Below, in pieces: positions 59,615 through 64,000 of a DNA stretch of 64,000 nucleotides. The position numbers and the translations under genes were made by a program. The notes under the pieces were generated by a model, which worked only from the letters and a program-made list of their open reading frames with translations, was not told where the DNA came from and made no database searches. The DNA comes from Candidatus Methanomethylicia archaeon (GTDB taxonomy: Archaea; Thermoproteota; Methanomethylicia; Culexarchaeales; Culexarchaeaceae): positions 532,297 to 596,296 of the forward strand of contig JAVYVS010000001.1 of NCBI GenBank assembly GCA_038727515.1. Direction: 5' to 3'. Position 1 is the stretch's first letter, and each line of letters begins with the position of its first letter.

Positions 59615-59847
59615 AATACTCCCTAAATAAATTCTAGACCTCGAAAATATAATCTTTAAAGTTTACATATATGAAGATATATGCATCAAGACTAAGTAAA
59701 TACAAGTTGTATTAATCAATTAAATGCAAAAGAAAATACATTTAAAGCATGGAGAAAAGAGAGCATAAACAATCAATTGTAGATTTCAATGTATGTATAA
59801 ACTACAGCTTATAAAAGAGTTGAAACATAAAGTATTGTGAAACAACG

Positions 59848-60102
59848 ATGTCTAGGGGAAAAGTAAGTGTGAAAGAGAGATGTCACATTTGTGGAAGAAA
59901 ACTTTCAAGGAATAGCTTAACCATTAGCAGAGGTAATCTAAAACCAATGTATGAATATATCCTTAAAAACGGTGAAAAGAAATTTTTGTGCTCCACATGC
60001 TTTAATAAAATCGTGGGATTAGAATTACTAGAGTTCCTTGAGAAAATAAATGAGGAAAGCAGTAGTAAAAAGGTTAAAGTATATAGTGCAACCAATTACT
60101 AG
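59848..60102 (+). CDS. Small C2C2 zinc-finger protein
   Basis: CHICG...LCSTC; its stop abuts the nnr start. Confidence 0.6.
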   Translation: MSRGKVSVKERCHICGRKLSRNSLTISRGNLKPMYEYILKNGEKKFLCSTCFNKIVGLELLEFLEKINEESSSKKVKVYSATNY

Positions 60103-61662
60103 ATGATGCAAAAAATAGAAAAGGGATTAAGTGTAGAGGAAATTCAAGCAATAGACGTAAATTGTGAATATCTAGGTATAAAAAGATTAATGTTAATGGA
60201 AAATGCGGGTGCAGAAGTTTCAAGGATAATTCTTGAAATGATAAAACCGAAAAAATGTATAACTATAGTGGCTGGAAGTGGAAATAAGGGTGGAGATGGA
60301 TTTGTTGCAGCAAGACATTTGTCTAGATTGGGGATAGAGATTATAGTTATACTTATTGGGAGACCAGAAAGCATAAGAAGTGAAGAAGCAAAAATAAACT
60401 GGAAGATAATAAATGAATTAAAATCATCAATAAAAACAATAGTAATTGAAGATACAAGTCAAATAGATTCAATAAAGGAGTTATTGACTAAATCAGAGGT
60501 TATAGTTGATGCACTACTTGGAACTGGTATAAGAGGTTTAGTAAAACCACCAGCATCAGAAATAATAAAGATTATTAATCACGCAAGAGAATGTGGAGCA
60601 AAGATAGTATCAATAGATGTACCATCAGGTATAGATCCAAATAACGGAACCCCATTGGGAGTAGCTGTAAAAGCTGATTTAACCATTACACATCACAAAC
60701 CAAAAATTGGGTTAATGACAAAGGATGGAACTGGATATGCTGGTGAAATAATAGTATCAAACATTGGAATCCCACCAGAAGTAGAATTATTCGCAGGACC
60801 TGGAGACGTCATAATAAACATTAAAAGGAGAAGGGAAACTTCACATAAAGGTGATTTCGGTAGAATAATCGTTATTGGTGGTAGCATAGAATACACAGGT
60901 GCGCCAGCTCTAACAGCTTTAGCCGCTTTAAGAACTGGAGCCGATATATCTATAATCATAACTCCAAGTAAAATTGCAAATGCCATAAGAAGTTTCTCAC
61001 CAAATTTAATAGTTAAAGAATATGAAGGAGAATACTTAAATACAAAGGGATTAAAGATTATTGAAAAAGAAATTGAAAAAGCAGATGTTGTAGCTATTGG
61101 ACCTGGATTATCTTCTACACAAGAAGTTTTAGACAATGCAATGGAAGTATTTAAGATGGCAGCTGAAAAAGGTAAAAACCTAGTTATAGATGCAGATGCA
61201 CTAAAAGCTTATGCTAAAAACCCATCAATAGTTAAAGGAACAAGAACAATAGTAACACCACACACAGGAGAATTCAAAATAGTAACGGGAATAACTCTGC
61301 CAAATGAAGAAGGAGAAGGATGGAAAGATAGGATACCAATAGTCATGAATGAAGCAAGAAAACTCGAAGTAACAATACTATTGAAATCACATTATGATAT
61401 AATTTCAGATGGCATAAAGGTTAAGGTTAATAGAACTGGAAATCCAGGTATGACTGTGGGTGGAACTGGAGATGTACTTACAGGGGTAACATCAACATTC
61501 CTAGCTTGGACTAATAATACATTTAGATCTGCAGTAGCAGCAGCATTTATAAATGGTTTAGCAGGAGATATAGCTGTTTCTGAAAAAGGGTATCATATAA
61601 CTGCAACTGATGTGGTGGAGAAAATTCCCGAAGCATTTAAAATCGTGGAGAAATACGTTTAA
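60103..61662 (+). CDS. nnr: Bifunctional NAD(P)HX epimerase/dehydratase
   Basis: LMENAG, GNKGGDG, DALLGTG, DVPSG; HKGDFG, GPGL, DADAL, TPHTGE, GGTGDVL. Confidence 0.93.
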   Translation: MMQKIEKGLSVEEIQAIDVNCEYLGIKRLMLMENAGAEVSRIILEMIKPKKCITIVAGSGNKGGDGFVAARHLSRLGIEIIVILIGRPESIRSEEAKINWKIINELKSSIKTIVIEDTSQIDSIKELLTKSEVIVDALLGTGIRGLVKPPASEIIKIINHARECGAKIVSIDVPSGIDPNNGTPLGVAVKADLTITHHKPKIGLMTKDGTGYAGEIIVSNIGIPPEVELFAGPGDVIINIKRRRETSHKGDFGRIIVIGGSIEYTGAPALTALAALRTGADISIIITPSKIANAIRSFSPNLIVKEYEGEYLNTKGLKIIEKEIEKADVVAIGPGLSSTQEVLDNAMEVFKMAAEKGKNLVIDADALKAYAKNPSIVKGTRTIVTPHTGEFKIVTGITLPNEEGEGWKDRIPIVMNEARKLEVTILLKSHYDIISDGIKVKVNRTGNPGMTVGGTGDVLTGVTSTFLAWTNNTFRSAVAAAFINGLAGDIAVSEKGYHITATDVVEKIPEAFKIVEKYV

Positions 61663-62305
61663 CAAAAAATTTCAATAGATGGGGTGAATCAAGTATCTTC
61701 CTTAAATAATAAGATTTACGTATAATTGGAATAGCTTTACCTTTAACAATACATTCTATAATGTCATCAATATTAGATTTAGCTTCATGGATAAAGGTAC
61801 ATGCAAATCCAATAGTCCAAGGTGTATGAGCATCAGAACCTGCAATCAATGGTATTTTCAATGGGAAAATATCTAAAGATGTTTTAAATGGATATATTTC
61901 TAAAGCATCAAAATAATTTTTAAGATTATATATTCTCTCACCAATACCAGAAGAACGAAATATATGTGCAGCAATAATAATACCACCAAGATCTTTAACG
62001 AAATCGTAAAATTGATGGAAATCTAATATGCACCTATCTGGAAAATCACATTTAAAACTTGGGAAAATTACAGTTACATGACCAAAATCAAAGGAAAATT
62101 CAGCTCCAGGTAAAACTATTAAATCATTAACTTTAGCATCTAAATAAACTTTAAACCGTTTATTAAGTAAACTTAATGAATCAACATTATAGATGTGATC
62201 AACAAAAGCTAATCCATCAACTCTCCCAACACTATATTTAACAATTTTACTTGGATTATAAAGTCCATCTGATAATGAAGAATGTACATGAACATCAATA
62301 TACAT
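61637..62305 (-). CDS. PHP-domain metallophosphoesterase
   Basis: DVHVHSSLSDG, DH, GAE, AH, GSDAH. The likely start is the ATG at 62305. Confidence 0.85.
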   Translation of the reverse strand: MYIDVHVHSSLSDGLYNPSKIVKYSVGRVDGLAFVDHIYNVDSLSLLNKRFKVYLDAKVNDLIVLPGAEFSFDFGHVTVIFPSFKCDFPDRCILDFHQFYDFVKDLGGIIIAAHIFRSSGIGERIYNLKNYFDALEIYPFKTSLDIFPLKIPLIAGSDAHTPWTIGFACTFIHEAKSNIDDIIECIVKGKAIPIIRKSYYLRKILDSPHLLKFFVKRISPRF

Positions 62306-62449
62306 AACTAAAATAAATAGTAACAAGTCAATATAAATAACTATTATGTAAAACTAGTAACTATCTACATGATAAATTCACTCTAGTGAAAACATATCCA
62401 CTAGAAACAACTTTATTAAAATAAAGATACATATAAGAATTGAATAAGA

Positions 62450-64000
62450 GTGTTAAGTAATAGAGGGTTAAATTATCCATTTACAGCAATAGTAGGTCAA
62501 GAGAAAGTGAAGAAGGCATTACTCACAATACTAGTGGACCCAACAATAAGTGGAGTACTAATAATAGGACCAAAAGGTTCTGGAAAAACTATTATCGCAC
62601 GCTCCATAGTAGACTTATTACCAGAAATAGAAATTGTTGAAGGATGTACTTTCCATTGCAACCCATATAAAGTGGAAGAAATGTGTAATCAATGTAAAGA
62701 GAAGATTACCAATGGAGAAAAGATTGAAATTGCAAAAATGAAAATGCCATTTGTAGAATTACCAATAAGTGCTACAGAAGATAGAGTAGTAGGATCAATA
62801 GATTGGGAAAAAGCTATAAGAGAAGGTGTGAAAGCTTTTCAACTAGGATTATTAGCGCAAGCAAATAGAGGAATACTATATATTGATCAAGTAAATATAC
62901 TCCCAGATTCTTTAATAGATGTAATACTTGATGCTTCAGCATCTGGATGGAATGTAGTGGAGAGAGAAGGAATAAAATTGGTGCATCCAGCTAGATTTAC
63001 ATTGATTGGTACAATAAACCCTGAAGAAGGAACTTTAAGACCACAAATACTGGATAGATTTGCATTATGTGTAAAAATGGAAGATATAACAGATGTAGAA
63101 CGTAGAAATACCATAGCCATTAGAAACATGTTATTTGAAGAGGATCCATTAAAATTCATTGAAGAATGGAAAGAAAAACAGATTGAAGTAAAAAAGAAAA
63201 TAGAAGAAGCAAGGAAAATTCTCCCAATGGTAAAAGTTCCGAGGGAAGTTGAAGAAAAAACAGTGGAATTATGTATAAAGATGAATGTAGATGGTCATAG
63301 GCCAGACATTATTATAACTAAAGTATCAAGAGTATTAGCAGCTTTAGATGGAAGATTAGAAGTATGTATTGATGACATACTTAGTGCAGCTGAATTAGCA
63401 TTACCACATAGAATTAAAGGTGAAGAATTTAAGCAGATAACTAGTGAAGAATTGAAGCAGACACTAGCATTAGCAACCACAGTTTCAAAAGCAGAAGATA
63501 AAGCTGAAGAAACTGAAGAAGAAATAAAACAAGTGAAAGTTGAAATTGGAGAAGGAATGGCTTTACCACAAATATCAAAACCTCCTGAAATTAAGAAGAA
63601 GACATGGAATATACCTATGCCAATAGCATTAGTGATAATGATGGTTATGTATTATTTTGTCTTCTATTTTGCATTTGCAGCAGTAACATTAATGTTTGCT
63701 GGAACTATGGGTAAGGGATGGGAAGAGGTTAGTGAATTAATGAGTGGAGAATTATATAAATGGGCTGCAATAGCACTTGGAGGATACATGCTTCTTCAAA
63801 CAATTCTTAATGCATTATCGAGGAGGAGAAAGATAGCTTATGTTAAAGCCGTTAGAGTACAGGAGGAGGAGGCAAAGAGGATAATTACACATAGAATTTT
63901 AGTAAAAGAACAGATAGTGGAGGCTCCTCCACCAATACAGAAATTTGGTGCAAGAGCATTTCAATACATATCATTATTAGGTACAAAGATTCTTTCAAGT
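62450..64000 (+). CDS. ChlI/ChlD-like (Mg/Co-chelatase clade) AAA+ protein fused to two TM helices; partial, runs off the window
   Basis: Hand translation from GTG 62450, open for 517 codons: YPFTAIVGQE, GPKGSGKT, CTFHCNP..CNQC, VELPISATEDRVVGSID, GILYIDQVN, VVEREG, GTINPEEGTLRPQILDRF, DGHR, LALPHR; then an acidic linker and two hydrophobic helices. Not in the ORF track. Confidence 0.88.
   Translation, partial: MLSNRGLNYPFTAIVGQEKVKKALLTILVDPTISGVLIIGPKGSGKTIIARSIVDLLPEIEIVEGCTFHCNPYKVEEMCNQCKEKITNGEKIEIAKMKMPFVELPISATEDRVVGSIDWEKAIREGVKAFQLGLLAQANRGILYIDQVNILPDSLIDVILDASASGWNVVEREGIKLVHPARFTLIGTINPEEGTLRPQILDRFALCVKMEDITDVERRNTIAIRNMLFEEDPLKFIEEWKEKQIEVKKKIEEARKILPMVKVPREVEEKTVELCIKMNVDGHRPDIIITKVSRVLAALDGRLEVCIDDILSAAELALPHRIKGEEFKQITSEELKQTLALATTVSKAEDKAEETEEEIKQVKVEIGEGMALPQISKPPEIKKKTWNIPMPIALVIMMVMYYFVFYFAFAAVTLMFAGTMGKGWEEVSELMSGELYKWAAIALGGYMLLQTILNALSRRRKIAYVKAVRVQEEEAKRIITHRILVKEQIVEAPPPIQKFGARAFQYISLLGTKILSS

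Noticed and set aside
59615-59847. Hidden gene or ncRNA in the 233-bp intergenic gap
   Set aside because: Only ~14-codon ORFs and no convincing hairpin or box motifs; consistent with divergent promoters.
62377-62390. Palindrome TTCACT-CT-AGTGAA between the PHP and ChlI-like genes
   Set aside because: Six-bp arms are expected by chance and I saw no second copy. It could be an operator but is unsupported.
1336-63480. Dozens of 60-220 aa ORFs antisense to or nested within real genes (e.g. 3516-4004, 31405-31950, 51487-52146, 56987-57484, 60693-61136, 62887-63159)
   Set aside because: Shadow ORFs. They lie opposite motif-bearing genes, have S/I/F/P-rich antisense composition and show no family motifs.
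1-64000. tRNA, rRNA, C/D-box sRNA, CRISPR arrays, IS elements, integrases, inteins
   Set aside because: I saw no GC-rich structured islands, regularly spaced repeats, transposase or integrase motifs, or intein-sized insertions. Short sRNAs cannot be excluded by eye.
62450-64000. Evidence for (bacterio)chlorophyll synthesis
   Set aside because: ChlI/ChlD homologues are common in non-phototrophic archaea, and no chlH/bch genes are in the window.

Overview
AT-rich (roughly 30% GC by eye), very gene-dense chromosomal segment of a thermophilic archaeon, most likely TACK/Thermoproteota. This is inferred from the PINA ATPase, Ogg2, stand-alone Lrp RAM domain, PurP, tandem MoeA and GGTG-type ribosome-binding sites. 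It holds about 55 protein genes: ABC transporters, many peptidases and amino-acid catabolic enzymes, a Mo/W-cofactor moeA pair, DNA repair genes, a purine cluster (purM, E, B, Q, L, S, F, C, P), pyk and nnr. I found no rRNA, tRNA, CRISPR array or IS element. Three genes are missing from the ORF track: a partial ABC permease (1-470, -), a 55-aa C3HC4 RING-finger gene (31033-31200, -) and a partial ChlI/ChlD-like AAA+ gene (62450 to end, +). The last has a natural Walker-B E-to-Q change and a fused transmembrane hairpin. The best candidates for undescribed biology are: (i) an orphan GlmL/MutL-type ASKHA ATPase plus a sandwich-barrel/KOW partner, with no B12 mutase nearby; (ii) the adjacent D-aminopeptidase + DAP decarboxylase pair, which suggests scavenging of bacterial peptidoglycan peptides; (iii) the membrane-anchored chelatase-like ATPase; and (iv) the tiny RING protein. 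All family calls come from motif recognition by eye, not database searches.
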